64,000 bases of DNA from an uncultured Oscillospiraceae bacterium (lineage in GTDB: Bacteria; Bacillota; Clostridia; Oscillospirales; Oscillospiraceae). Below, piece after piece: positions 17,126-34,928 of the stretch (within the stretch, counting starts at the first letter, position 1; every line of letters starts with the position of its first letter). Both the position numbers and the translations under genes were made by a program. Location of the stretch: positions 37,961-101,960 of the forward strand of contig CATKZW010000002.1 of NCBI GenBank assembly GCA_949841465.1, given 5' to 3'. The notes below the pieces were generated by a model that was not told the origin of the DNA, made no database searches, and worked only from the letters and a program-made list of their open reading frames with translations.

Positions 17126-17188
17126 TGTAACAGTTTGTAACTGGTTTGTAACTATTGCTAGTATAACCCTGGAACCGCCGCTTGTCAA
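17126..17188 (-). promoter_or_regulatory. Sigma-A promoter with three TGTAAC direct repeats (WalR-type box) just downstream
   Basis: Minus strand TTGACA(17188-17183)-17 bp-TATACT(17165-17160); TGTAAC at 17126, 17136 and 17147 on the plus strand. Confidence 0.75.
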
Positions 17189-17283
17189 CAGGATATTGGA
17201 TAAAATTTTCTGGAAATTCAAAAACCTGCCGGTCTCGCCGGAAAACGGCAGGACTGACAGGTTTGATCCCGGAAAATGGGGGA

Positions 17284-17562
17284 TTATGCGGCGAAAGCAG
17301 CCCAGCCCAGCAGGGCGGCGTGGGCCAGCAGGCACAGGGGGACGAAGCGGCGGAACAGGGGCTTGCGGGTTTTATGATGGAACAGGGCCATGCCCAGCAG
17401 CGCCCCGGCAGAGCCGCCCAGGAACGCACAGCCCAGCAGGGCTGCCTCGGGGATGCGGCGTTGGCGGAGCTTGGCCATCAGTTTGTCCCATCCGAAGAGG
17501 ACGAGAGCCAGGGCGCTGGTCACGCCTAGCCAGATCAATAGAAGACGGACAGATTCTCTCAT
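17284..17562 (-). CDS. DUF1294 family small membrane protein
   Basis: LFGWDKLMAK...RRIPE...GGSAGALLGMALFHHKTRK signature. Confidence 0.85.
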   Translation of the reverse strand: MRESVRLLLIWLGVTSALALVLFGWDKLMAKLRQRRIPEAALLGCAFLGGSAGALLGMALFHHKTRKPLFRRFVPLCLLAHAALLGWAAFAA

Positions 17563-17572
17563 GGACGGCCTC

Positions 17573-17896
17573 TCAATACGGTTCTTTGATTCCATGGACG
17601 ACGCCGCTGTGGTCGGCTTCACTCTGCCAGCGCTCACAGTTGATTTCCTCACCAACCCGGACAGCGTCATACTGCTCTTGGGTGCATTCCAAGGTATACC
17701 GGCCTCCCACGCCGCCCTGCTCAATGGTGATGTTGCAACGCTCCGGGTCTGTATTGTTCTTACCAACCACGGTGACGACCCCGCCCATCGCGTAATAATG
17801 CTTGTTGTCCACCTTGAACATCTGCACGGCGGCGAACGCGCAGATGAGAATCAGAGCGACCAGAAAACCGGCCGTGAACTTTATCCAGGTTTTCAT
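17573..17896 (-). CDS. Hypothetical exported/membrane-anchored protein
   Basis: SD GGAGG, an N-terminal hydrophobic helix, 107 aa. Confidence 0.65.
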   Translation of the reverse strand: MKTWIKFTAGFLVALILICAFAAVQMFKVDNKHYYAMGGVVTVVGKNNTDPERCNITIEQGGVGGRYTLECTQEQYDAVRVGEEINCERWQSEADHSGVVHGIKEPY

Positions 17897-17963
17897 GGGA
17901 TAACCTCCATTTATTTATAATGTATAAGCCATGCAAAATTTTGTCCCGCAGCCAAAATTTCTC

Positions 17964-17992
17964 TTGACGCGGGACGGGAATTATGGTATTAT
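17964..17992 (+). promoter_or_regulatory. Sigma-A promoter of rpoBC
   Basis: TTGACG(17964-17969)-17 bp-TATTAT(17987-17992) with an extended -10 TG. Confidence 0.75.
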
Positions 17993-18173
17993 TAACTGCT
18001 TTTAATACACAGGTGGTTATAGAAAGTCTTTCCCACCTGATACAGTTAAGTATAGCAGATTTGCACAAAGAACGCAAGAGGAAATTTTCAAATCATGACA
18101 ACTGCCCCGGGCGTATCACATCAGTCCCGGCCCGGGCGGCCGAAATTTTGACGAAGTGGAGCGTGATTGGCAA

Positions 18174-21926
<3,753 letters not shown>

Positions 21927-21943
21927 GAAGGGAGGGTGAGACT

Positions 21944-25858
<3,915 letters not shown>

Positions 25859-25899
25859 GCCTCCCTGCCGGGGACCCGGTATTCCTGTCACATCAAATC

Positions 25900-25938
25900 A
25901 AGCCGCCGCGCGTATGTTTGATACGCGCGGCGGCTTTT
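25900..25938 (+). terminator. rpoBC terminator
   Basis: AAGCCGCCGCGCGTAT / ATACGCGCGGCGGCTT followed by TT. Confidence 0.85.
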
Positions 25939-26236
25939 GCCGTCCGTCATATTTCACAGCAGCCCCCCGCCGCCTGTTTCCCCAATATGACCTGATCCCG
26001 CCTGCTCAAAAGAGATAAATGGCAGGCAAATCAGGCAGGGTTTGGCGGCATTCCAAACACTTTCCTCCTTTTTCGCCCAATGCGACATAATCACCCTGAA
26101 TTTCCTTTTCTTTTTTGTGCATCTTGACTTTGCAGAGCGGGCACGCTATAATATTAATATCAATGCGTGCCTATGGCGCATGAAAAACAATTCTCAGAAT
26201 TTTCCGCCGGGTTTGACGGAAGTTTGGAGGGCACTT

Positions 26237-28495
26237 ATGAGAATCAAAGCAGACCAACTCAGCGAAGCCATCAAGCGCTTCAGCGACGGGACCAGTTCAG
26301 ACGCCTACCAGTTCATGGGCTGCCACCGGCAGACGGTGGACGGGCAGGAGGGCTACATCTTCCGGGTGTGGGCGCCCCACGCCAAGAGCGTGCGGGTATT
26401 GGGCCAATTCAACAACTGGGACAAGGGTTCCCCGGCAATGGAGCGCATCGCCCCCGCCATCTGGGAGCGGTTCATCCCCGGCGTGCAGACCTACGATGAG
26501 TACAAATACTACATCGAGCGGCCTGACGGCACCTTCGTGTTCCGGTCCGATCCCTACGGCACCCACTCCGCCACCCGCCCGGAGAACGCCAGCAAGGTGT
26601 TCGACCTGGACGGCTTTGAGTGGACCGACGGGGCCTATCTCCGCGCACGGGGCAAAAAGGACGTGCTGAAAAGCCCGGTGAACATCTACGAGATGCACCT
26701 GGGCTCCTGGCGGCGGCACGAGGACGGCAACTTCCTGTCCTACGTGGACTGCGCCCGCCAGCTGATCCCCTACCTGAAGGACATGGGCTACACCCATGTG
26801 GAGCTGCTCCCCGTCAGCGAGTACCCCTACGACCCCTCCTGGGGCTATCAGGTCACCGGGTACTACGCCCCCACCTCCCGGTACGGCACCCCCCACGACT
26901 TCATGAGGTTTGTGGATATGTGCCACGAGGCGGGCATCGGCGTCATTATCGACTGGGTGGGCGCCCACTTCCCCCGGGACGAGTGCGGCCTGTTCGAGTT
27001 TGACGGCGGCTTCTGCTACGAGCCCGCCGACCCCCTGCGCCGGGAGCACCCCGACTGGGGCACCCGCATTTTCGACTACGGCCGGTATGAGGTGCGCTCC
27101 TTCCTGATCTCCAACGTGGTGTACTGGCTGGACAAGTTCCATGTGGACGGCATCCGGGTGGACGCGGTGGCCTCCATGCTCTACCTGGACTACGGCCGCA
27201 GGAACGGCGAATGGCGGCCCAACCAGTATGGCAACAACATCAACCTGGACGCGGTGGCCTTCCTCCAGGACATGAACGCCGCCGCCTTCGCCTTCAGCCC
27301 CTCCGCCATCATGGTGGCCGAGGAGTCCACCGCCTACGCCAACGTCACCAAGCCCAAGGACGGCTTCAACGGGCTGGGCTTCAACTTCAAGTGGAACATG
27401 GGCTGGATGCACGACATGATCGACTATATGTCCACCGACCCGCTGTTCCGCAAGGGCAAGCACAATAACGTCACCTTCTCCCTGACCTACGCCTTCTCGG
27501 AGAACTTCGTACTCCCCCTGTCCCACGACGAGGTGGTCCACGGCAAATGCTCCCTGGTGAACAAGATGCCCGGCGAGTACGGCGAGAAGTTCCAGAGCCT
27601 GCGGGCTTTCTACGGCTATATGATGACCCACCCGGGCAAGAAGCTGCTGTTTATGGGCGGCGAATTCGCCCAGTTCATTGAATGGGACGAGAAAAAAGAG
27701 CTGGACTGGATGCTGCTGGACTACGACAAGCACCGCGAGATGCAGGCCTACGTCCGCGACCTGAACCACTACTATCTGGACCACCCCGCCCTGTGGCGCA
27801 ACGACACCAACTGGGAGGGCTTCCAGTGGATCTCCTGCGACGACTGGCAGCAGAGCGTCATCTCCTTCCGCCGCATCGACGAGAAGGGGAAGGAGGTCAT
27901 CGTGGTGTGCAACTTCTGCCCCGTCCTCCGGGAGGGCTACTCCATCGGTGTGCCCAAGGCGGGCACCTATGTCCCCGTGCTGTCCAGCGACGACGTCAAG
28001 TACGGCGGCAGCGGCGTGGAGCTTGCCCCCGTGAAGGCCGTGAAGGAAGAGCTGCACGGCCTGGACTACTCCATCACCCTGACCCTCCCCCCCATGTCCA
28101 CCGTGTTCTATGAGCGCAAGGCCGCCCGGGGCGCCAAGGACGAGGCCGATGAGGAGGCGCCCAAGGCCGCGGAGGAACCCAAGGCCAAGAAGGCGGCCAA
28201 GGCCGAAAAGGCCGCGGAGGCCGTCAAGTCCGATGCGGCTGAGGCGGCGGATGCCGTCAAGCCCAAGCGGGGCAGAAAGAAAAAGGCGGATGCCGCCGAT
28301 GCTGTGCAGGCCCCGGCGGCCGAGCCCGCGCCCAAGAAGAAGCCGGGCCGGAAGCCCAAGGCGGAAAAGGCCGCCGAACCCGTCCAGGACGAAAAGCCCA
28401 AGCGCAAGCCCCGCGCGAAAAAGGCGGACGACGGCGAGGAGAAGCCCAAGGCTGTCCGCAAGCCCCGCGCCAAAAAACCTGAGACAGAAAATTAA
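26237..28495 (+). CDS. glgB: 1,4-alpha-glucan branching enzyme with a long Lys/Ala-rich C-terminal extension
   Basis: [35 protein letters not shown] and [12 protein letters not shown]; SD GGAGG. Confidence 0.97.
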   Translation: MRIKADQLSEAIKRFSDGTSSDAYQFMGCHRQTVDGQEGYIFRVWAPHAKSVRVLGQFNNWDKGSPAMERIAPAIWERFIPGVQTYDEYKYYIERPDGTFVFRSDPYGTHSATRPENASKVFDLDGFEWTDGAYLRARGKKDVLKSPVNIYEMHLGSWRRHEDGNFLSYVDCARQLIPYLKDMGYTHVELLPVSEYPYDPSWGYQVTGYYAPTSRYGTPHDFMRFVDMCHEAGIGVIIDWVGAHFPRDECGLFEFDGGFCYEPADPLRREHPDWGTRIFDYGRYEVRSFLISNVVYWLDKFHVDGIRVDAVASMLYLDYGRRNGEWRPNQYGNNINLDAVAFLQDMNAAAFAFSPSAIMVAEESTAYANVTKPKDGFNGLGFNFKWNMGWMHDMIDYMSTDPLFRKGKHNNVTFSLTYAFSENFVLPLSHDEVVHGKCSLVNKMPGEYGEKFQSLRAFYGYMMTHPGKKLLFMGGEFAQFIEWDEKKELDWMLLDYDKHREMQAYVRDLNHYYLDHPALWRNDTNWEGFQWISCDDWQQSVISFRRIDEKGKEVIVVCNFCPVLREGYSIGVPKAGTYVPVLSSDDVKYGGSGVELAPVKAVKEELHGLDYSITLTLPPMSTVFYERKAARGAKDEADEEAPKAAEEPKAKKAAKAEKAAEAVKSDAAEAADAVKPKRGRKKKADAADAVQAPAAEPAPKKKPGRKPKAEKAAEPVQDEKPKRKPRAKKADDGEEKPKAVRKPRAKKPETEN

Positions 28496-28515
28496 TTTTT
28501 GAGGGGGAGTTCAAC

Positions 28516-29706
28516 TTGTTCCAGCGTAAAAAAGAGTGTATCGCCATGCTCCTGGCCGGCGGCCAGGGCAGCCGCCTTTACGTGCTCACGAAGGACACCG
28601 CCAAGCCCGCGGTGCCCTTCGGCGGCAAGTACCGCATCATTGATTTTCCGCTGTCCAACTGCATCAACTCCGGCATCGACACGGTGGGCGTGCTCACCCA
28701 GTACCAGCCCCTGGAGCTCAACGACTACATCGGCAACGGCCAGCCCTGGGATCTGAACCGCAACTGGGGCGGAGCCCATGTCCTGCCCCCCTATACCGGG
28801 ACCAAATCCGACTCCTGGTACAAGGGCACCGCCAACGCCATCTATCAGAACATAGCCTTCGTGGACCGCTACAACCCCGAGTACGTGGCCGTGCTGGGCG
28901 GCGACCACATCTATAAGATGGATTACAACAAGATGCTCCAGTACCACAAGGAGAAGGGGGCCGAGTGCACCATCGCCGTCATGCCCGTCAGCATGGAAGA
29001 GGCCACCCGCATGGGCATCATGAGCACCGATGAAAACGGCGCCATCGTCGACTTTGAGGAGAAGCCCAAGCAGCCCAAGAGCAACCTGGCCTCCATGGGT
29101 ATCTATATCTTCACCTGGGCCACCCTGCGGGAATACCTCATCGCCGATGAGGAGGACCCCAACTCCGAAAACGACTTCGGCAAGAACATCATCCCCAACT
29201 TCCTGAAGGACGGCCGGCCCATGTATGCCTATTCCTTCGAGGGCTATTGGAAGGACGTGGGCACCCTGGACAGCCTGTGGGACGCCAACATGGACCTGCT
29301 GGACCCCAGCGACCCCATCAACATGCGCGACCCCAGCTTCCGCATCTACGCCCGGAACTACTCCGCCCCCGCCACCCGCATGGGCAGCGGCGCCAAGGTC
29401 ACCAATTCCTTCGTGGCCGAGGGCTGCACCATCCGGGGCAGCGTGGAGCACTCCGTGCTGTACACCGGCTGCCAGATCGAGGAGGGCGCGGTGGTTACCG
29501 GCGCGGTCATCATGCCAAACACCGTAGTACATAAGGGCGCCAACGTGAGCTACTGCATCGTGGGTGAGCAGTGTGTGGTGGAGGAGGGCGCCAAGATCGG
29601 TGAGCGTCCCGAGAACTACCTGGATGGCGACTGGGGCATCGCCGTGGTGGGCCACCAGAGGACCATTGCGGCAGGCTCCGTTGTCAAACCCAAGGAAATT
29701 GTTTAA
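28516..29706 (+). CDS. glgC: Glucose-1-phosphate adenylyltransferase (TTG start)
   Basis: [25 protein letters not shown] and DHIYKMDY. Confidence 0.97.
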   Translation: MFQRKKECIAMLLAGGQGSRLYVLTKDTAKPAVPFGGKYRIIDFPLSNCINSGIDTVGVLTQYQPLELNDYIGNGQPWDLNRNWGGAHVLPPYTGTKSDSWYKGTANAIYQNIAFVDRYNPEYVAVLGGDHIYKMDYNKMLQYHKEKGAECTIAVMPVSMEEATRMGIMSTDENGAIVDFEEKPKQPKSNLASMGIYIFTWATLREYLIADEEDPNSENDFGKNIIPNFLKDGRPMYAYSFEGYWKDVGTLDSLWDANMDLLDPSDPINMRDPSFRIYARNYSAPATRMGSGAKVTNSFVAEGCTIRGSVEHSVLYTGCQIEEGAVVTGAVIMPNTVVHKGANVSYCIVGEQCVVEEGAKIGERPENYLDGDWGIAVVGHQRTIAAGSVVKPKEIV

Positions 29707-29719
29707 GGGGGTGCCCACC

Positions 29720-30844
29720 ATGAAAATGACTGGTATTATTTTTTCTGAGATGTATTCCGGAACACTGAACTCCTTCACCCAGGACCGCAATATGGCCGCC
29801 ATCCCCTTCGGCGGACGCTACCGCCTGGTGGACTTCGCGCTGTCCAACATGGTCAACTCCGGCATCCTCAACGTGGGCGTGCTGGTCAAGCAGCACTATC
29901 AGTCCCTGATGGATCACCTGAGCAACAGCCAGGAGTGGGATCTGAACCGCAAGAACGGCGGGCTCCAGCTGCTGCCCCCCTTCGCCACCGAGGACGCCAA
30001 CAGCGGCGGCAGCCGGGGCAAGCTGGACGAGCTGCGCAACGCTCTGGACTACCTGGAGAACATCGCCGTCACCCCCTATGTCCTGATGGCGGACGCCTAT
30101 GTGGTGTGCAACATCGACTACCGCGCCGCCCTGGAGGACCACATCGCCAGCGGCTGCGACATCACCATGCTGGCCACTAAGGAGACGGGGACCTCTCAGC
30201 TCAAGTGCGCCTCCGTCATGAACACGGACAACGGCCGCCGGGTGATCTCTTATGCGCTGGAGTGCCCGGCCAAGCCCGGCGAGTATGCCAGCATGGGCAA
30301 CATGATTATCTCCCGGGAGTTCCTCATCAACGTCATCCGGGACTACACCTCCCGGGGCATCTACGACTTCCTGCGGGACTTCATTCAGCACGAGTTCAAC
30401 CGGGGCCGCCTGTCCATCAACCTCTATGAGGTGGACACCACGGTGCTGCGCATCCGGGACGTGAACGAATACTTCCAGAACAGCCTGGCCATCCTGAACG
30501 ACGACGTGTCCGCTGCCCTGTTCCGGGGCGACCGGCCCATCCACACCCGCGTCACCGACGAGGTGCCCGCCTCCTACGGCCTGGAGTGCCAGGTGCAGAA
30601 CTGTGTTATCGCCGACGGCTGCTTCGTGGACGGCAGCGTGGAGAACAGCGTCCTCTCCCGGGGGGTGAAGATCGGCAAGGGCGCCAAGGTGAAAAACTGC
30701 ATCATCATGCAGGGCAGCGTGGTGGGCGAGGGCGCCTGCCTGGAGAATGTCATTGTGGACAAGTGGGTCACCATCAGCGGCGGCGCCCAGCTTAAAGGAC
30801 TGGAGTCCAATCCCGTTGTCATTCGCAAAGGAGTTACCGTATGA
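29720..30844 (+). CDS. glgD: Glucose-1-phosphate adenylyltransferase subunit GlgD
   Basis: GlgC paralog (AAIPFGGRYRLVDFALSNMVNSG, WDLNRKNGGL) located between glgC and glgA. Confidence 0.93.
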   Translation: MKMTGIIFSEMYSGTLNSFTQDRNMAAIPFGGRYRLVDFALSNMVNSGILNVGVLVKQHYQSLMDHLSNSQEWDLNRKNGGLQLLPPFATEDANSGGSRGKLDELRNALDYLENIAVTPYVLMADAYVVCNIDYRAALEDHIASGCDITMLATKETGTSQLKCASVMNTDNGRRVISYALECPAKPGEYASMGNMIISREFLINVIRDYTSRGIYDFLRDFIQHEFNRGRLSINLYEVDTTVLRIRDVNEYFQNSLAILNDDVSAALFRGDRPIHTRVTDEVPASYGLECQVQNCVIADGCFVDGSVENSVLSRGVKIGKGAKVKNCIIMQGSVVGEGACLENVIVDKWVTISGGAQLKGLESNPVVIRKGVTV

Positions 30845-32274
30845 AAATCTTATTAGCTACCAGCGAGGCCGCGCCTTATATCAAGACCGGCGGCCTTGGC
30901 GACGTGGCCGCAGCCCTGCCCAAGGCCCTGGCCGAGACACCCAACACGGAGGTGTACGTTTTTCTGCCCTACTACAAGGCCATCAAGGACAACCCGGAGT
31001 TCGAGATTGAATACCTCACCAATTTTACCGTCCCGCTGTCCTGGCGGAACGTGTACTGCGGCCTGTTTCGGGCGGTGAGCAAGAGGAAAAAGCTCCAGTA
31101 TTATTTCATCGACAACGAATACTATTTCTATCGGGACGGCTGCTACGGCCACTATGACGACGGCGAGCGCTTCGCCTTCTACTCCAAGGCCATCCTGGAG
31201 TCCCTCCAGTACCTGGACTGGTACCCTGATGTGATCCACGCCAACGACTGGCAGACCGCCATGGTGCCGGTGTTCCTCCGGGCGTGCTATATGGGCGCGG
31301 AGAAGTACCGGCCCATCAAGACCCTGTTCACCATCCACAACATGGAGTACCAGGGCCGCTTCCCCGACGCCTTTGTGGACGAGGTGCTGGGCCTGCCCGG
31401 CGACTGGAAGGGCACGATGCAGTTCGACGGCTGCACCAACCTGATGAAGGCCGCCATCCACACCGCCGACCGGGTGAGCACCGTGTCCCGGACCTACGCG
31501 AATGAGATCCAGGACCCCTACTTCTCCCACGGCCTCCACGATGTGCTGCGTCAGCACGCCTACAAGCTCAGCGGCGTGGTCAACGGTATCGACACCGAGG
31601 TGTTCAACGCCGAGACCGACCCCCTGATCTACGCCAACTTCACCGCCGACACCCTGGAGAAGAAGGCGGAGAACAAAAAGTTCCTCCAGGAGCGGCTGGG
31701 GCTGGCCGTCCGGGACGACGTCCCCGTGGTCATCATGATTACCCGTCTGGTGGGACACAAGGGCGTGGACCTAGTTCAGGCCGTCATGGACGATCTGATG
31801 TGGGACGATCTGCAGCTGGTCGTCATCGGCACCGGCGAGTGGCAGTATGAGAACATGTTCCGGGCCTACGCCGGCAACTTCCCCGCCAAGATGTCCGCCA
31901 ACATCGTGTTTGACAACACCCTGGCCCACCAGGCCTACGCCGGGGCGGACCTGGTGCTCATGCCCTCCAAGCAGGAGCCCTGCGGCCTGACCCAGCTCAT
32001 CGCCATGCGCTACGGCACCATTCCCATCGTCCGGGAGACCGGCGGCCTGTTCGACACCGTCCCCGCCTACGACATAGAGACCGGCGAGGGCAACGGCTTC
32101 ACCTTCAAGAGCTACAACGCCCACGACATGCTGGGAGCCGTGCGCCGGGCAGAGGAGCTGTTCCACGACAAGGAGCACTGGACCGCCCTGCAGAAGAGCG
32201 TCATGGCCTACGACAGCTCCTGGAAGCGTTCTGTCCAGGAATATTGGGATATTTTTAACTCCTTGGTGGACTAA
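30841..32274 (+). CDS. glgA: Glycogen synthase
   Basis: KTGGLGDV, IHANDWQT, TIHNMEYQG and MPSKQEPCGL. Confidence 0.97.
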   Translation: MKILLATSEAAPYIKTGGLGDVAAALPKALAETPNTEVYVFLPYYKAIKDNPEFEIEYLTNFTVPLSWRNVYCGLFRAVSKRKKLQYYFIDNEYYFYRDGCYGHYDDGERFAFYSKAILESLQYLDWYPDVIHANDWQTAMVPVFLRACYMGAEKYRPIKTLFTIHNMEYQGRFPDAFVDEVLGLPGDWKGTMQFDGCTNLMKAAIHTADRVSTVSRTYANEIQDPYFSHGLHDVLRQHAYKLSGVVNGIDTEVFNAETDPLIYANFTADTLEKKAENKKFLQERLGLAVRDDVPVVIMITRLVGHKGVDLVQAVMDDLMWDDLQLVVIGTGEWQYENMFRAYAGNFPAKMSANIVFDNTLAHQAYAGADLVLMPSKQEPCGLTQLIAMRYGTIPIVRETGGLFDTVPAYDIETGEGNGFTFKSYNAHDMLGAVRRAEELFHDKEHWTALQKSVMAYDSSWKRSVQEYWDIFNSLVD

Positions 32275-32486
32275 AACTGCTGTTATCTCTGATATTGTGC
32301 CTGTTTTCACTTTTTTCGAAAACACAGGAAAAAATGAAAAAAATTAGTGCACAACTCTTACCTTTTATGGTATAATAAAAGGGCGCATCGTCGCGCCCCG
32401 TGTGAACACAGCCCGCGGGAGCGGGCTGTGTTCTTTTTCATCAATTCCCCGGCTTTTTGCCGGTCAAGAAGGAGTCAATATATCCT

Positions 32487-34883
32487 ATGGATCAGAAACA
32501 AATCATCTCTCAACTGGAAGACACTGTGCTGGTGCGTTACGGATGCCCCTTGAAGAGCGCCTCCCCTCAGCAGGTGTACCGCGCCCTGTGCTATGTGGTC
32601 AACGGAATGCTGGCCAGCAAGAGCGCCGAATTCTACCGCAAGAACGAGGGCAAGCAGGTATACTACATGTCCATGGAATTCCTGGTGGGCACCTCCCTGC
32701 GCAACAACCTCTACAACCTGGGGCTGGAGGACATGTTCACCAAGGCTCTGGCCGACTGCGGCGTGGACATCCACGACCTGTATGAGATGGAGCCCGATGC
32801 GGGCCTGGGCAACGGCGGCCTGGGCCGCCTGGCCTCCTGCTATATGGACTCCGCCTCCAGCCTGGACCTGCCCATGACGGGCTACTCCATCCGGTATGAG
32901 TTCGGCATCTTCAAGCAGAAGATCGTGGACGGCTGGCAGGTGGAATTCCCCGACGACTGGCTGAATATGGGCGACGTGTGGCTGGTGCCCCATGAGGGCG
33001 AGGCGGTGGAGGTCCGCTTCGGCGGCCACGTCCACGGCTGGGAGGACAACGGGAAGTACCGGGTCAAGCATCTGGACTTCCAGTCCGTCATGGCGGTGCC
33101 CAACGAGATGTATATCTCCGGCCACGACAGCAAGGCGGTCAATCCCCTGGTGCTGTGGTCCGCCAAGTCTCCCAACAGCTTCGACATGTCCGCCTTCTCC
33201 CGCGGCGACTACGCCAAGGCTCTGGAGGGCGACACCATGGCCGAGGTGATCTCCAAAGTTCTCTACCCCGCCGACGACCATATCGAGGGCAAGCGGCTGC
33301 GCCTGCGCCAGCAGTACCTGCTGGTGTCCGCCTCAATGCAGACCATTCTCAGGAAGCACCTGCGGGACAACCACACCCTGGACAATCTGCCCGACAAGGT
33401 GTCCATCCATATCAACGACACCCATCCCGCCCTGTGCGTGCCTGAGCTGATGCGCCTGCTGGTGGATGAGCACAGCTACAGCTGGGACAAGGCGTGGGAC
33501 ATCACCTGCCGCACCCTGTCCTACACCAACCACACCGTTATGAGCGAGGCGTTGGAGCGTTGGAATGTGAACCTGTTCCAGCAGCTTCTGCCCCGGGTGT
33601 ACCAGATCGTGCAGGAGATCGACCGCCGTCTGCGGGTGGATCTCCACGGCTACTATGGCAACGATATGGGCAAGATTGAGTATATGGCCGTCATCAGTAA
33701 GGACGAGATCCGCATGGCCAACCTGTGCCTGTCCGCCTGCCACAAGGTCAACGGCGTGTCTAAGCTCCACTCGGAGATTCTGACCAACTCCATCTTCCGG
33801 GACTACTACCAGATGGAACCGGACCACTTCTGCAACGTCACCAACGGCATCGCCTACCGCCGCTGGCTGTGCCAGTCCAACCCCCAGCTCACCGCGCTGC
33901 TGAAGGAGCTGATCGGCGACGGTTTTGTCAGCGACTCCACGCAATTGGAGAAGCTGCTCAAGTACAAGGACGACAGCAAGGTGCTCCAGAGGCTCCAGGA
34001 CATTAAGCTGGAGAACAAAAAGCGGCTGGCGGACCTGATTCTCAAGCGCAACGGCATCATCGTGGACCCCAGCTCCCTGTTCGACGTGCAGATCAAGCGC
34101 CTGCATGAGTACAAGCGCCAGCTGCTCAACGTGCTCCAGATTCTGCACATGTACCTGGAGATCAAGGCGAACCCCAACGCTCCCTTCCAGCCCCGCACCT
34201 TCATCTTCGCCGCCAAGGCGTCCGCCGGATATATCATGGCCAAGCAGATCATCCAGCTCATTGTGTCCGTATCCAATATGATCAACGCCGATCCGGTGGC
34301 CCGTGACAAGCTGAAGGTGGTATTCATGGAGGACTACAACGTCTCCCTGGCGGAAATCATCATCCCCGCCGCCGAGATTTCCGAGCAGATTTCCATCGCC
34401 GGCAAGGAGGCCAGCGGCACCGGCAACATGAAGCTGATGATCAACGGCGCGGTGACCCTGGGCACCCTGGACGGCGCCAACGTGGAGATTCACGAGCAGG
34501 TGGGCGACGACAACATCGTGCTCTTCGGCCTCAAGACCGAGGAGGTCAACGACCTGTGGCGCTGGGGCTACAACCCGCTGGACTACGTCCGCAGCGATCC
34601 CGAGCTGAAGGCGGTTATGGACCTGCTCATGGGCGGCGTCGGCGGGATGCACTTTGACGACATCGTCCGCTCCCTCACCACCAACCACAAGGGCCCCGCC
34701 GATCCCTATATGTGCCTGGCCGACTTCCACGACTATGTCCGGGCTCAGCGGGACATATCCGCCATCTACGGCGACAAGGCCCGGTTCAACAGGATGTCCC
34801 TGGTGAACATTGCCAAGGCGGGCTTCTTCTCCGCCGACCGGGCGGTGGAAGAGTACGCCCGAAATATCTGGTATCTGAAATGA
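32487..34883 (+). CDS. glgP: Glycogen/alpha-glucan phosphorylase
   Basis: GLGNGGLGRLASC, INDTHP and the PLP motif EASGTGNMK. Confidence 0.97.
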   Translation: MDQKQIISQLEDTVLVRYGCPLKSASPQQVYRALCYVVNGMLASKSAEFYRKNEGKQVYYMSMEFLVGTSLRNNLYNLGLEDMFTKALADCGVDIHDLYEMEPDAGLGNGGLGRLASCYMDSASSLDLPMTGYSIRYEFGIFKQKIVDGWQVEFPDDWLNMGDVWLVPHEGEAVEVRFGGHVHGWEDNGKYRVKHLDFQSVMAVPNEMYISGHDSKAVNPLVLWSAKSPNSFDMSAFSRGDYAKALEGDTMAEVISKVLYPADDHIEGKRLRLRQQYLLVSASMQTILRKHLRDNHTLDNLPDKVSIHINDTHPALCVPELMRLLVDEHSYSWDKAWDITCRTLSYTNHTVMSEALERWNVNLFQQLLPRVYQIVQEIDRRLRVDLHGYYGNDMGKIEYMAVISKDEIRMANLCLSACHKVNGVSKLHSEILTNSIFRDYYQMEPDHFCNVTNGIAYRRWLCQSNPQLTALLKELIGDGFVSDSTQLEKLLKYKDDSKVLQRLQDIKLENKKRLADLILKRNGIIVDPSSLFDVQIKRLHEYKRQLLNVLQILHMYLEIKANPNAPFQPRTFIFAAKASAGYIMAKQIIQLIVSVSNMINADPVARDKLKVVFMEDYNVSLAEIIIPAAEISEQISIAGKEASGTGNMKLMINGAVTLGTLDGANVEIHEQVGDDNIVLFGLKTEEVNDLWRWGYNPLDYVRSDPELKAVMDLLMGGVGGMHFDDIVRSLTTNHKGPADPYMCLADFHDYVRAQRDISAIYGDKARFNRMSLVNIAKAGFFSADRAVEEYARNIWYLK

Positions 34884-34928
34884 TCCGCCCAGGCTGGGCG
34901 GCCACATAAAGAAGAGGAGGTCTGGAGC

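Noticed and set aside
16773-17283. c-di-AMP (ydaO) or c-di-GMP riboswitch upstream of the NlpC/P60 hydrolase
   Set aside because: No matching conserved motifs and the leader is too short; the same check failed upstream of the C39-like gene.
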